DNA of 64,000 bases from an uncultured delta proteobacterium (GTDB lineage Bacteria > Desulfobacterota > Binatia > DP-6). Made by a program: the position numbers and the translations under genes. The DNA is taken from positions 160,001-224,000 of the forward strand of contig CAWFFN010000012.1 in NCBI GenBank assembly GCA_963815115.1. The letters are read 5' to 3'. The first letter of the stretch is position 1. Each line of letters begins with the position of its first letter. The notes under the pieces are model-generated. The model saw only the letters and a program-made list of their open reading frames with translations, had not been told where the DNA came from and did no database searches. Positions 1-8,657 of the stretch are shown piece after piece.

Positions 1-474
1 GGCCAGCACGACGGCGAGGATCCCGCACAGGCTCCCGATGTACTGCGGCAGCTCGAGCGACGGTCCCAGGGTGGCGACGGCGAGCGCGTTCACCGGCACC
101 ATGACGGCGGATTCCTGGGGCCAGTTCACCTGCGTCGAGGAGAGCACCGTCCTCCAGCGGTCCCACAGGCCGCCCTTCACGAGCAGTGTGGCGGCGTCCA
201 CCACGCCCGCTTCGGGGAAGAACAAGCGCGGCTGGTGCTCGGAGGTCGCGAAGAGGGTCCGCAGGAGTGCGGCGAGCACGACGATGCCGAGGAGGAGGCC
301 CAGCTCCTGGCGCCGCGGGATGGGAGGGATCGCGGGGACCGGCCGGCGGCGCCCCCGGATCGACGCCACGACGATCGCGAGCACGATCAGGGCCCCGAGC
401 ACGATGAGCCCTCGCTCTGCGCGGCCCGAGAGCTCGAGCCAGCGCAGCGCGCCGACCGGGACAGGCGGCTGCAC
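1..474 (-). CDS. 5' part of a paralog of the 750..3521 GT-C-like membrane protein (continues beyond window start)
   Basis: Near-identical to 3048..3521 (offset 3047); GTG start at 474 is equivalent to 3521; frame stays open to the window edge. Confidence 0.8.
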   Translation of the reverse strand, partial: MQPPVPVGALRWLELSGRAERGLIVLGALIVLAIVVASIRGRRRPVPAIPPIPRRQELGLLLGIVVLAALLRTLFATSEHQPRLFFPEAGVVDAATLLVKGGLWDRWRTVLSSTQVNWPQESAVMVPVNALAVATLGPSLELPQYIGSLCGILAVVLA

Positions 475-572
475 GTCGTGTCTTGTGCGCGCCGGCGCCG
501 AATGCTGTCAAGAAGGAAGCGGAACGTTCATGCTCGCGCACGGCGTGCCACCGCGAGCAGGCTCGCTCCGAC
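1..572. repeat. Direct repeat copy 1 (tandem gene duplication including ~100 bp upstream region)
   Basis: Aligns without gaps to 3048..3619; about 15 mismatches counted by eye. Confidence 0.95.
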
Positions 573-749
573 GTTCGGCGCGGAGAGTCACGCCCGCGTG
601 CGAACGCCGTTTCCTCTCAGGTCGGAGAGCCTCCTCGGGTTGCAAGGGCTGCGGCGCGTCGCCGTCGACGACGATCTCCGCCGCCTCGGGCTCCGGGTGC
701 GTCCCGCGGCGGAGAGCCTCGCTTCGGTGGATTGAAGGGCGGAGCCGGC

Positions 750-3521
750 TCAACCCTCGTGCCCGAGGCAGCCGGGCATGAACTGGAGCTCGAGCGCATC
801 GACCCGGTTCCGGTGCCCGACGGCGAGGTAGTTCCCGTCAGCGGCGAGCGCGGAGGTGCCCGTCGTTCCGAGCGACAGCAGCTTCGTCAGGTCCTCGCGC
901 ACGAGCAGCTTTCCGGTCTCGTCCTGGATCGAGAGCCGTGCCGCCTGCGGCGAGAGCGTCGCGACCCATCCGTTCCCCACGGCGATCGGTGAGCAGTCGC
1001 CCAGCCGGACTCCCCAGCCAGGCGACACCACCGCCGGGAAGCGCCGCACGATCGTTCCCGAGCCGGTATCGAGGACCTGGATCTCCTGCTCGGCCGAGGC
1101 GAGGAAGAGCAGGTCCCCGCTGGCGGCGATGCCCGTCCATGCGCCTTGCGGGAGGGGCCACTGCGGGGCGGGAGCGGCGCTCAGCCGGCCGCTGAGAGCG
1201 TTGACGACCCACCAGGTGCCGTGCGCGAACGCGGCGCACGCGTGTCCGATGCTGCCGGGCAGTGCCGGCACCTGCGTGCGGGCGGCGGGGATCCCCTTCC
1301 CGATGCGCATCTCGCCCCCATGGCGGTCGAGCAAACGCACCACGGGCGTGCTGCCGTCCCGGGTCTCGACGCCCATCGCGACCGGTTCCTGGACCGTGAG
1401 CTTCAGCTTGCCCAGGCTCACGAAGTCGTAACTTCCGACGATCCACGAGGGGTTGGCACCCTGCCCGGGCAGGCTGCCGAGCACCGAGAGCGCATCGTTG
1501 TCCTGATCGCTCGATCCCCGCTTCACCAGGGTCGCACAGCCGCGATCGGCATCGAGGCTCATGAACTGCTCGAGAGCCGCGCGTGCCTCGGGCCACCTCG
1601 AGCGCGGCGTCCGGATCTGGAGGGGAGGAACGCCTTCCTCCGCCGGTCGTTCCGCCCCGACCCCGAGCGGCGGCTCGGCCAGGCTGACGGGCGTTCCGCC
1701 CGCTGCCTGGAGCCGATTGGCGAGCTCCAGCTCCCACCGCGTCGGATCCCTGAACTCCCACACGACGGTCTCGGCATCGCCGGCCCGGATCTGCGCGTCG
1801 AGATACGTGAGGGGCGACGCGACATCGTCGGCGTAGAGCCGGCGCACGCTCGGGAGCGCAGTCTCGCGGTCGACGTTGCGCAGCGCCGAGTACAGATCGA
1901 TGAACCGCTCCGGCCTGCCGGCGCCGAGCGCCGCCAGCGTGCCGTAGAGACGAAGCCCCCCCGGCGAGGTGGGATTCTCGCGCTGCTCGTCGCTGTCCAC
2001 CAGCACGACCGAGCTGCCGCTCGCGATCTCGTGCCGCCAGCGCCGGCCGTCGCGCGCACATCCCAGGCACGTCAGCCCGTCGCCGAAACCGCTCTCACCG
2101 AAGGGGATCCTCGTTCCGTGGGCCGGCGGCAGGGCGGCGCACAGCAGACCCAGGCCGCCTCCGGACCACGCGGCGAGCGCAAGGACCACGCCCGCGAACA
2201 GCGTGCGCCGCGCGCCGGGCGATGCCTCGACGAGGGGACGCATGCGGGCGAGAACGACGACGCCGTGCGCAGCGAGGGCGCACCATGCCAGGTCGAAGAT
2301 CAGAAAGCGCCGCGCGGTGGGCGCGCTGAGGACCGGCAGGGCGAGGCCTCCGAGCGCGAGCGCGATCCAGAGATACCAGGCTCTGAGGGCTCCAAGCCTG
2401 GCGAGGCCAACGAGCCCCAGAAGGGCAACCGGAAGGAGACACAATCCGCCGTGGGCGAACCCGGCGTCGAGCGCCGTCCCGGGACCGGTGGCCGGCAGCT
2501 TCCAGAGCGCGTTCAGGTCTTCCGCTCGCCCGGTCCAGAAGTACGTTCGAACCGCCGGGACCAGCTGCTGTTTCAGGTTGTCGTGGACACTGCGGAGCAC
2601 CTCGCCGTACGTCTCCTCGGAGCGGTTGCCGACATAGCCGGCATAGCGCGGCCAGAGCGATGCCAGCGCCGGCATTCCCCCGGCGAGGACGCCGGCGACC
2701 GCGAAGCCCGATCCCAGGCACAGTGGAAGCACCAGCCACTGGCGGCGCACGGATCCCGCCGCGCGCATCCCCGCGAGCAGCGCCAGGAGCGAGAGCGGAA
2801 TCGCGACCCGCGCGGCGTAGTAGTCATAGACCGACGTCCACGCGACCACACCGGCGAGGAGCGCCAGCGCGACGCTCCTGCGCGAGCCGGCGCGATGGGC
2901 GAGCCAGAGGACGAGGAGCGTGTGGGGAACCGCCGCGATCTGCAGCCCGCCGAGGCGTGCCCAGGTGATCTGCAACGGGGAGACGGCGACCAGTCCCGCG
3001 AACGCGAGGCCGAACGCCGGCGACACGACCGCCCGCCCGACGAGCCAGGCCAGCACGACGGCGAGGATCCCGCACAGGCTCCCGATGTACTGCGGCAGCT
3101 CGAGCGACGGTCCCAGGGTGGCGACGGCGAGCGCGTTCACCGGCACCATGACGGCGGATTCCTGGGGCCAGTTCACCTGGGTCGAGGAGAGCGCGACCTT
3201 CCAGCGGGTCCACAGGCCGCCCTTCACGAGCAGTGTGGCGGCGTCCACCACGCCCGCTTCGGGGAAGAACAAGTGCGGCTGCTGCTCGGAGGTCGCGAAG
3301 AGGGTCCGCAGGAGTGCGGCGAGCACGACGATGCCGAGGAGGAGGCCCAGCTCCTGGCGCCGCGGGATGGGAGGGATCGCGGGGACCGGCCGGCGGCGCC
3401 CCCGGATCGACGCCACGACGATCGCGAGCACGATCAGGGCCCCGAGCACGATGAGCCCCCGCTCTGCGCGGCCCGAGAGCTCGAGCCAGCGCAACGCGGC
3501 GACCGGGACAGGCGGCTGCAC
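750..3521 (-). CDS. Multi-TM glycosyltransferase of ArnT/PMT (GT-C) type with C-terminal beta-propeller-like domain
   Basis: Many hydrophobic helices with GT-C-like segments (GILAVVLAWLVGR, LVAVSPLQITWAR, YDYYAAR, ARRFL); beta-rich C-terminus with blade-like repeats (WTGIAASGDLLFLAS, ALAADGNYLAV). Confidence 0.65.
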   Translation of the reverse strand: MQPPVPVAALRWLELSGRAERGLIVLGALIVLAIVVASIRGRRRPVPAIPPIPRRQELGLLLGIVVLAALLRTLFATSEQQPHLFFPEAGVVDAATLLVKGGLWTRWKVALSSTQVNWPQESAVMVPVNALAVATLGPSLELPQYIGSLCGILAVVLAWLVGRAVVSPAFGLAFAGLVAVSPLQITWARLGGLQIAAVPHTLLVLWLAHRAGSRRSVALALLAGVVAWTSVYDYYAARVAIPLSLLALLAGMRAAGSVRRQWLVLPLCLGSGFAVAGVLAGGMPALASLWPRYAGYVGNRSEETYGEVLRSVHDNLKQQLVPAVRTYFWTGRAEDLNALWKLPATGPGTALDAGFAHGGLCLLPVALLGLVGLARLGALRAWYLWIALALGGLALPVLSAPTARRFLIFDLAWCALAAHGVVVLARMRPLVEASPGARRTLFAGVVLALAAWSGGGLGLLCAALPPAHGTRIPFGESGFGDGLTCLGCARDGRRWRHEIASGSSVVLVDSDEQRENPTSPGGLRLYGTLAALGAGRPERFIDLYSALRNVDRETALPSVRRLYADDVASPLTYLDAQIRAGDAETVVWEFRDPTRWELELANRLQAAGGTPVSLAEPPLGVGAERPAEEGVPPLQIRTPRSRWPEARAALEQFMSLDADRGCATLVKRGSSDQDNDALSVLGSLPGQGANPSWIVGSYDFVSLGKLKLTVQEPVAMGVETRDGSTPVVRLLDRHGGEMRIGKGIPAARTQVPALPGSIGHACAAFAHGTWWVVNALSGRLSAAPAPQWPLPQGAWTGIAASGDLLFLASAEQEIQVLDTGSGTIVRRFPAVVSPGWGVRLGDCSPIAVGNGWVATLSPQAARLSIQDETGKLLVREDLTKLLSLGTTGTSALAADGNYLAVGHRNRVDALELQFMPGCLGHEG

Positions 3522-3619
3522 GTCGTGGCTTGTGCGCCCCGGCGCCGAATGCTGTCAAGAAGGAAGCGGAACGTTCATGCTCGCGCACGGCGTGCCACCG
3601 CGAGCAGGCTCGCTCCGAC
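3048..3619. repeat. Direct repeat copy 2
   Basis: Matches 1..572. Confidence 0.95.
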
Positions 3620-3641
3620 CGGCAGCGGTACGCCAGCCGGG

Positions 3642-4061
3642 TCAGGGGGCGCCGCTCTTCCCGCCGTCGCCGAGCAGCCGCGCTCGCGTCCCCGCGACGT
3701 CGACGAGCGGCTGCTTGCGCAGGCGCTCGACCTCCGCCGCGGTGTACGGGGTGAAGTCCGCGGGCACGTGGGCGTGATCGAAGCGCTCCAGCAGCCAGTT
3801 GAGCACCGCGGCCAGCGCCGCGTCGTCGAGCGGCGCCTGCGCGACGCCGGGCACGCGCGCGAGGTAGTCGCGGCCGCCCGGCGCGGCGAGGAAGCGCGCG
3901 ACCGACCCCTGCAGCGCGGGAACGCTGCCGGGCGTGCTCGTGCCGTCGGCGCGGTGGCAGCCCTCGCAGTTGAGCGTGTAGTCGAGCGCCGGTCCGCTCG
4001 CCGCGCCGGCGAGCGGCGCGATCCCGACGACGGCCGCCAGCGCGGCGCCAGCGCGCCACAT
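3642..4061 (-). CDS. Monoheme cytochrome c, exported
   Basis: Signal peptide, single CEGCH motif; starts 3 bp after the mauA stop. Confidence 0.85.
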   Translation of the reverse strand: MWRAGAALAAVVGIAPLAGAASGPALDYTLNCEGCHRADGTSTPGSVPALQGSVARFLAAPGGRDYLARVPGVAQAPLDDAALAAVLNWLLERFDHAHVPADFTPYTAAEVERLRKQPLVDVAGTRARLLGDGGKSGAP

Positions 4062-4064
4062 CGG

Positions 4065-4616
4065 CTACGACTTCGTCGCCACGCCCAGCACGACTGCGAC
4101 CGAGCAGTTGACGGCGCGGCTCTTGGTACCGAAGCACCACAGCAGGTCGTTGTTCCTGGAGGTGTAGTACACGGGCCGCTCGCCCTCGGTACGCGAGCAG
4201 CGGCATCGCATGCAGAGGGACTGCCCGCAGCAGTCGTTGTACGAGATGATGTAGTCCTTGCCGTCGCCGGGATGGCGGCACGTGCCGATCCAGGTGACCG
4301 GCGACATCTCCGTCCCCGGCGGGCAGGTGTTCTGCGAGCCGCCGCAGCACGAGCACAGGAACCCGTCGATGGCGCAGTGGCGCCAGTAGCTGCAGCTCTG
4401 GGGATCGCCCGCCGGGGCCTCGAGGCGGGCATCGTCGGGCGCCGGGACCCGCGACTCGTCATCCGCCGCGCGTGCCACCGGCAGCAGCGGCAGTGCCGCG
4501 GCGCCGACCAGCGCCGCACCGGCGCGCGCGAGCACGCTCCGGCGCGACGTGCGCCGCGCGAGCGCGCGGGCGCTCCGTTCCACCAGGCGATCCATCCAGC
4601 CGCGCCCGTCGTTCAT
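4065..4616 (-). CDS. mauA: TTQ amine (methylamine/aromatic amine) dehydrogenase light chain
   Basis: Tat signal SRRSVL; CSYWRHCAIDGFLCSCCGG, CPPG, YNDCCG and NNDLLWCFG motifs with both TTQ Trp residues; ATG at 4616. Confidence 0.93.
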   Translation of the reverse strand: MNDGRGWMDRLVERSARALARRTSRRSVLARAGAALVGAAALPLLPVARAADDESRVPAPDDARLEAPAGDPQSCSYWRHCAIDGFLCSCCGGSQNTCPPGTEMSPVTWIGTCRHPGDGKDYIISYNDCCGQSLCMRCRCSRTEGERPVYYTSRNNDLLWCFGTKSRAVNCSVAVVLGVATKS

Positions 4617-5233
4617 CGCCGTGCGACCTCCGTGCGCTCCTCGACGCCGCGCAGGAACTCCTGGATCGAGGCGACGCCCCGCTCCTGCGCCTCGAAGAGG
4701 CTCTCCAGGTGCTCGCGCGTGTTCACCAGACCCTTGGCGCGCACCGTGCCGGAGCCGTCGACGAGCGCGGCATAGGGCAGCTTTCCCACCTGCCATCGCA
4801 TGCCGAGCTCCGGCGACAGCAGATACGGGAACGCATCCAGGCGCTCGGCACGCACGAACGCCTCGTGCTCCGCGCGCGGACCGTCACTCGCGAGCACGAG
4901 GTCGAGCCACGCCGTCTCGCGCCGGGCGATGCCGCGCAGCGCAGGCAGGAGCGTCTTGCAGACCGGGCAGGTGGGCGACAGGAAGAAGAGGAGGGTGCTC
5001 CGGCCGTCGTCGCGCGGGGCGCCGATCTCGTGCAGGCGGGCGCCGAGATCCTCCGCCTGGATCACGGGCGCCGCCGCGCCGACCGTCGGACCGCGTCCGA
5101 GGAGCAGCGCGCCTGCCGGCGCCACGCGCTCATAGAGGACGCCGATCTGGCGGGTGAGGGCCACGACCACGCAGGCCAGCACCACGACGGCGATCCACAG
5201 CACGATCGTCGAGACCACGAGCGCCTGCGTCAC
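4613..5233 (-). CDS. mauD: Methylamine utilization protein MauD (thioredoxin-like)
   Basis: N-terminal TM helix, RQIGVLYERVAPAGAL, CPVC, KGLVNTREHLESL; GTG start overlaps the mauE stop. Confidence 0.92.
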   Translation of the reverse strand: MTQALVVSTIVLWIAVVVLACVVVALTRQIGVLYERVAPAGALLLGRGPTVGAAAPVIQAEDLGARLHEIGAPRDDGRSTLLFFLSPTCPVCKTLLPALRGIARRETAWLDLVLASDGPRAEHEAFVRAERLDAFPYLLSPELGMRWQVGKLPYAALVDGSGTVRAKGLVNTREHLESLFEAQERGVASIQEFLRGVEERTEVARR

Positions 5234-5766
5234 GCGGCCTCCTGCAGGCGCGCGAGCGCGGGACCCGCGGCGAGGAGGTGATCGCTGGCCCTCCAGCAGG
5301 CCGCGAACGCCGCGGTCGCGGCCACGACCGTGAGCGGGTCGATCCACACCATCGGACGGGGCTGCACCGGGGCGAGAGCGGCGAGCGCGACCGCCACCGC
5401 CACCAGCGCCAGGTTGCGCACCACCAGCCAGCCGCTGATCGGACGCCGCATCGCCGGTCCGGTGCAGCCGCAGTCGAGATGGCGCCGCCCGCGCGCGAGG
5501 TTGACGGCGATGGCGCCGGCGTACAGCGCGAGCAGGGCGGCTGCGCCGGCGAGTCCCCACCGGCGCGCGACGAGCAGGGCGGCGACGACGGCCCCCTCGG
5601 CCACCACGAGCACCGTCGCGCCGGGCGAGACGAGCGGACGCGGCAGCAGCCGGTAGTCCTCGACCGTCGCCCGGAAGCGCGCGACGTCGCGCACCTTGTG
5701 CCCCGTCGCGGACAGGAAGAGGAGCGCGAGCGCGACACGCACGGTCACGTCGACGACCGGGTCCAT
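5230..5766 (-). CDS. mauE: Methylamine utilization membrane protein MauE
   Basis: Hydrophobic DoxX-like protein with NLARGRRHLDCGC and LVVRN motifs; lies between mauB and mauD. Confidence 0.9.
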   Translation of the reverse strand: MDPVVDVTVRVALALLFLSATGHKVRDVARFRATVEDYRLLPRPLVSPGATVLVVAEGAVVAALLVARRWGLAGAAALLALYAGAIAVNLARGRRHLDCGCTGPAMRRPISGWLVVRNLALVAVAVALAALAPVQPRPMVWIDPLTVVAATAAFAACWRASDHLLAAGPALARLQEAA

Positions 5767-5769
5767 GGC

Positions 5770-7008
5770 TCAGGGCGCCACCAGCAGGCCGCCCGCGAGC
5801 CCCGGCTCCGAGACCTCCCGCAGGACCTTGCCCGTCATGGCATCGTGGATCGTGAGCGTCGGCGGCAGCGAGGCGGAGGCGACCAGCACCGGATGCTCGT
5901 CCTGCGTCACCAGGATGCGCTCGATTCCCGGATTGGGCACGACCTTGTCGAGGAGCCAGCGCTCGATGCGGCCCGTCGTCCGGCTGCGGTCGATCGAGGC
6001 CTGCAGGCCGACGAAGCTGACCACCGGGTTCAGCATCGAGACGCGCTGCACCCGCGTTCGCGTTCCCACGTCGTACACCCAGACCTCGGTGCCCGGCGCC
6101 TTGTGCGAGTCGGGGCCGCCCTGGTGCACCAGGACATAGAGGCGTCCCGAGGCCTGGTGCAGGGCGAGAAGCTGACCGCCGCCGATGCGCCACGAGGCAG
6201 AGCGATCCTGGTCGTCGAGGAGCGGCCAGGTGTCGCCGAAGCGCACTGTCTCGCCCGACACGTCGACGGGATGGACGACCCCGTCGAAGGACACGAAGAA
6301 CCACGTGCCGCCGCGCCGGACCGCCTTCTCGGTGATCGGGTCCTTCTGGGCGTCGAAGAAGGGCTCGGTGCGTGCCGGTGTTGCCGTGCCGCTCGCCTCG
6401 TCGAGAGTCACCGTGAGCGCCCCGCCGTTGGCGCACAACATGAGGAAGCGCCGCGGACCGGCGCCGTAGACGAGGCTGCACCCCGGGGTGGGCACCTCGG
6501 TGACGAAGCGCCGCGCCTGCACGTCGACGATCGAGAGCGAGGTGACGGGAGTCAGGTTGAACACCGCGAGGAAGCGGCCGTCGTCGGACAGCGCGCTGGA
6601 CGCGTTGCCCGGGTAGTACTCGGCGCGCCGGGGCGGGATCTGGATCTCCTGGAGCGGCGCCAGGGTGCGCGCGTCGTAGACCGTCACCACGTCCGTGCGA
6701 TCGCCGCGCACGCCGCGGCTGTAGTAGGTCTCGGAGAGGTAGATCTCGCGGTGGTCGGGCGAGAAGAGGGGTAGGATCGCGAAGCCGACGCCGGGCGTGC
6801 CCGACGTGATCTGGCCGAGCAGCTCGCCCTTCCCGCCGTCGAAGAGGGCCGTGCGGTGCAGGATGATGTCGCTCAGCCAGAACCAGTGCGGCCCGGGTCG
6901 TTCGGGCAAGGTCGCCGCCTTGCCGATGGTCTCCGGCTCCGGGGCCGCGCCCGCGAGCCCGACGGCGAAGCACCCGGCGAGGAGTGCCACCGGAAGGCGG
7001 CGTCGCAT
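5770..7008 (-). CDS. mauB: Amine dehydrogenase heavy chain (beta-propeller)
   Basis: Signal peptide from ATG 7008; ETYYSRGVRGDRTDVVTVYD, FNLTPVTSLSIVD, TPGC and HKAPGTEVWVYD motifs. Confidence 0.92.
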   Translation of the reverse strand: MRRRLPVALLAGCFAVGLAGAAPEPETIGKAATLPERPGPHWFWLSDIILHRTALFDGGKGELLGQITSGTPGVGFAILPLFSPDHREIYLSETYYSRGVRGDRTDVVTVYDARTLAPLQEIQIPPRRAEYYPGNASSALSDDGRFLAVFNLTPVTSLSIVDVQARRFVTEVPTPGCSLVYGAGPRRFLMLCANGGALTVTLDEASGTATPARTEPFFDAQKDPITEKAVRRGGTWFFVSFDGVVHPVDVSGETVRFGDTWPLLDDQDRSASWRIGGGQLLALHQASGRLYVLVHQGGPDSHKAPGTEVWVYDVGTRTRVQRVSMLNPVVSFVGLQASIDRSRTTGRIERWLLDKVVPNPGIERILVTQDEHPVLVASASLPPTLTIHDAMTGKVLREVSEPGLAGGLLVAP

Positions 7009-7091
7009 GGCCGTCCGTCTCACCGAGGACAGTCCGAGAGGCACGAGGCGGGCGTATAGCATGCACGACCCGTCGCGGAACACGGCCGACC

Positions 7092-7121
7092 TTGACCGGC
7101 CTCGTACGGCATCCACATACT
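7092..7121 (+). promoter_or_regulatory. Putative sigma70 promoter for the LysE gene (near-leaderless)
   Basis: TTGACC-N18-CATACT, ending 9 nt before GTG 7131; no SD sequence. Confidence 0.45.
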
Positions 7122-7130
7122 CCGATCGCG

Positions 7131-7757
7131 GTGCGCTGGGAGACCTGGAGCCTGTTTCTCGTCACCGAGACGCTTCTCTGCCTCACGCCGGGGCCGGCGG
7201 TGCTGTTCGTGCTGTCGCAGGGGCTGGGCCGGGGCACGGCGGCGTCGATCCGGGCGAGTCTCGGCATCCTCGCCGGCAACGCGCTCTACTTCCTGCTCTC
7301 CGCGACGGGGCTGGGAGCGATCCTCGTCGCCTCGTACGACCTCTTCTTCTGCATCAAGTGGGCCGGCGCAGCCTACCTGGTCTGGCTCGGGCTGCGCGCG
7401 CTCCGCGCCACGGGCACCGTGCTGGCGGTGAAGCCGGCGACGGGTGCAGCCGAGTCCCGTCACGTGTTCGCACGCGGCTTCGCCGTCCAGGCAGCGAACC
7501 CGAAGGCCATCGTCTTCTTCACCGCGCTGCTCCCGCAGTTCATCGATCCCGCGGGGAGCGTCCCGCTCCAGGTGGGCATACTCGCGCTCACCAGCATCGC
7601 GGTCGAGTTCGTGGTCCTGGCGACCTACGGCATCTTCGCCGGTCGCGTCTCGCGGCTCGCGGCGGAGCCCCGGGTCGCGGCATTCCTCGAGCGCGCCGCC
7701 GGCGTGCTGCTGATGGGCGCCGGACTGCGGATGGCCGCGCTGCGACGGGCGGGGTGA
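7131..7757 (+). CDS. LysE/RhtB family translocator
   Basis: LTPGPAVLFV, KWAGAAYLVWLG and NPKAIVFFTALLPQF motifs. Confidence 0.9.
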   Translation: MRWETWSLFLVTETLLCLTPGPAVLFVLSQGLGRGTAASIRASLGILAGNALYFLLSATGLGAILVASYDLFFCIKWAGAAYLVWLGLRALRATGTVLAVKPATGAAESRHVFARGFAVQAANPKAIVFFTALLPQFIDPAGSVPLQVGILALTSIAVEFVVLATYGIFAGRVSRLAAEPRVAAFLERAAGVLLMGAGLRMAALRRAG

Positions 7758-7764
7758 CCGGCGC

Positions 7765-8583
7765 TCAGCCCGCGGCACGCGCGCGCTCGCGCGCAGCGGC
7801 GATGACGGCGGGGGGCACCGGGTCGAAGCGAGCCGCGCCCCGGCGAAACAGGCCGGGCGCGAGCAGGCGGAACCACCAGGCGAGTCGCAGCGCGCCCGGC
7901 ACCCAGACCTCGTGGCGGCGGTGCTCGATGGCGCGCAGGATCGCTCCCGACACCGCGCCGGGCGGCAGCTTTCGGCCCCGGTAGGCCGTCGGCTCGTCGG
8001 TCTTGTGCCAGATCTCGGTGTCGATGGGCCCGACGTGAACGACCGTGGCGTGAATGCCCGAGCCCGCCAGATCGAGCCACAGCCCCTCGGTGAATCCGGT
8101 GAGCGCGAACTTGGACGCCGCGTAGACGGTCTCGCGTGGCGGCGGGAGCTTCCCCGCCAACGACGAGACGTTGACGATCCAGCCCTCGCCCCGGCGGAGC
8201 ATCGCCGGCAGCGCAGCGAGCGTGAGGAACGCGGAGGCGAGGAAGTTGACCCGCAGCACGTACTCCACCTCCTCGGCATCGAGGTGGTAGAGCTGCTTGT
8301 GCTTCGACACGCCGGCGTTGTTCACGACGATGTCGATGCGTCCGAAGCGCGCGACGGCACGTGCCGCCATGCCCTCGACGAAGGCGCGCTCGGCGACGTC
8401 GCCGGCGAGCACCTCGACGGGCACGCCGTGCGCGCCGCACTCGGCCGCGGCCTCCTCGAGCAGCTCGCGGCGGCGCGCCGAGAGCACCAGCGTCGTGCCG
8501 CGCGCCGCCAGATCGAGCGCCACCCGGCGGCCGATGCCGGAGGATGCCCCGGTGACGATGGCGACGCGGCCGCGGTAGTCCAT
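7765..8583 (-). CDS. SDR family oxidoreductase
   Basis: TGASSGIG, NNAG and YAASK motifs; ATG 8583 preceded by SD GAGGTG. Confidence 0.93.
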   Translation of the reverse strand: MDYRGRVAIVTGASSGIGRRVALDLAARGTTLVLSARRRELLEEAAAECGAHGVPVEVLAGDVAERAFVEGMAARAVARFGRIDIVVNNAGVSKHKQLYHLDAEEVEYVLRVNFLASAFLTLAALPAMLRRGEGWIVNVSSLAGKLPPPRETVYAASKFALTGFTEGLWLDLAGSGIHATVVHVGPIDTEIWHKTDEPTAYRGRKLPPGAVSGAILRAIEHRRHEVWVPGALRLAWWFRLLAPGLFRRGAARFDPVPPAVIAAARERARAAG

Positions 8584-8589
8584 GGTCAC

Positions 8590-8618
8590 CTCGACCCGAG
8601 ACTTCGTCTCGGGTCGAG
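8590..8618. promoter_or_regulatory. Perfect 13-bp inverted repeat overlapping the SDR ribosome-binding site
   Basis: CTCGACCCGAGAC-TTC-GTCTCGGGTCGAG. Confidence 0.6.
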
Positions 8619-8657
8619 AGCGGAGGCGAGCGTGTAGCGTCGGGTGGATCGTGCGGA

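Noticed and set aside
1146-4775. Very long ORFs such as 1146..4775 (+), 11949..15848 (-), 19562..23503 (-), 23586..27521 (-) and 36866..40948 (+)
   Set aside because: Antisense or off-frame shadows of well-supported genes; Arg/Ala/Gly-rich with no motifs, as expected in high-GC DNA
4613-7279. Apparent 888-aa MauD fusion
   Set aside because: Only 4613..5233 is MauD; the upstream part is an off-frame read through mauE and mauB
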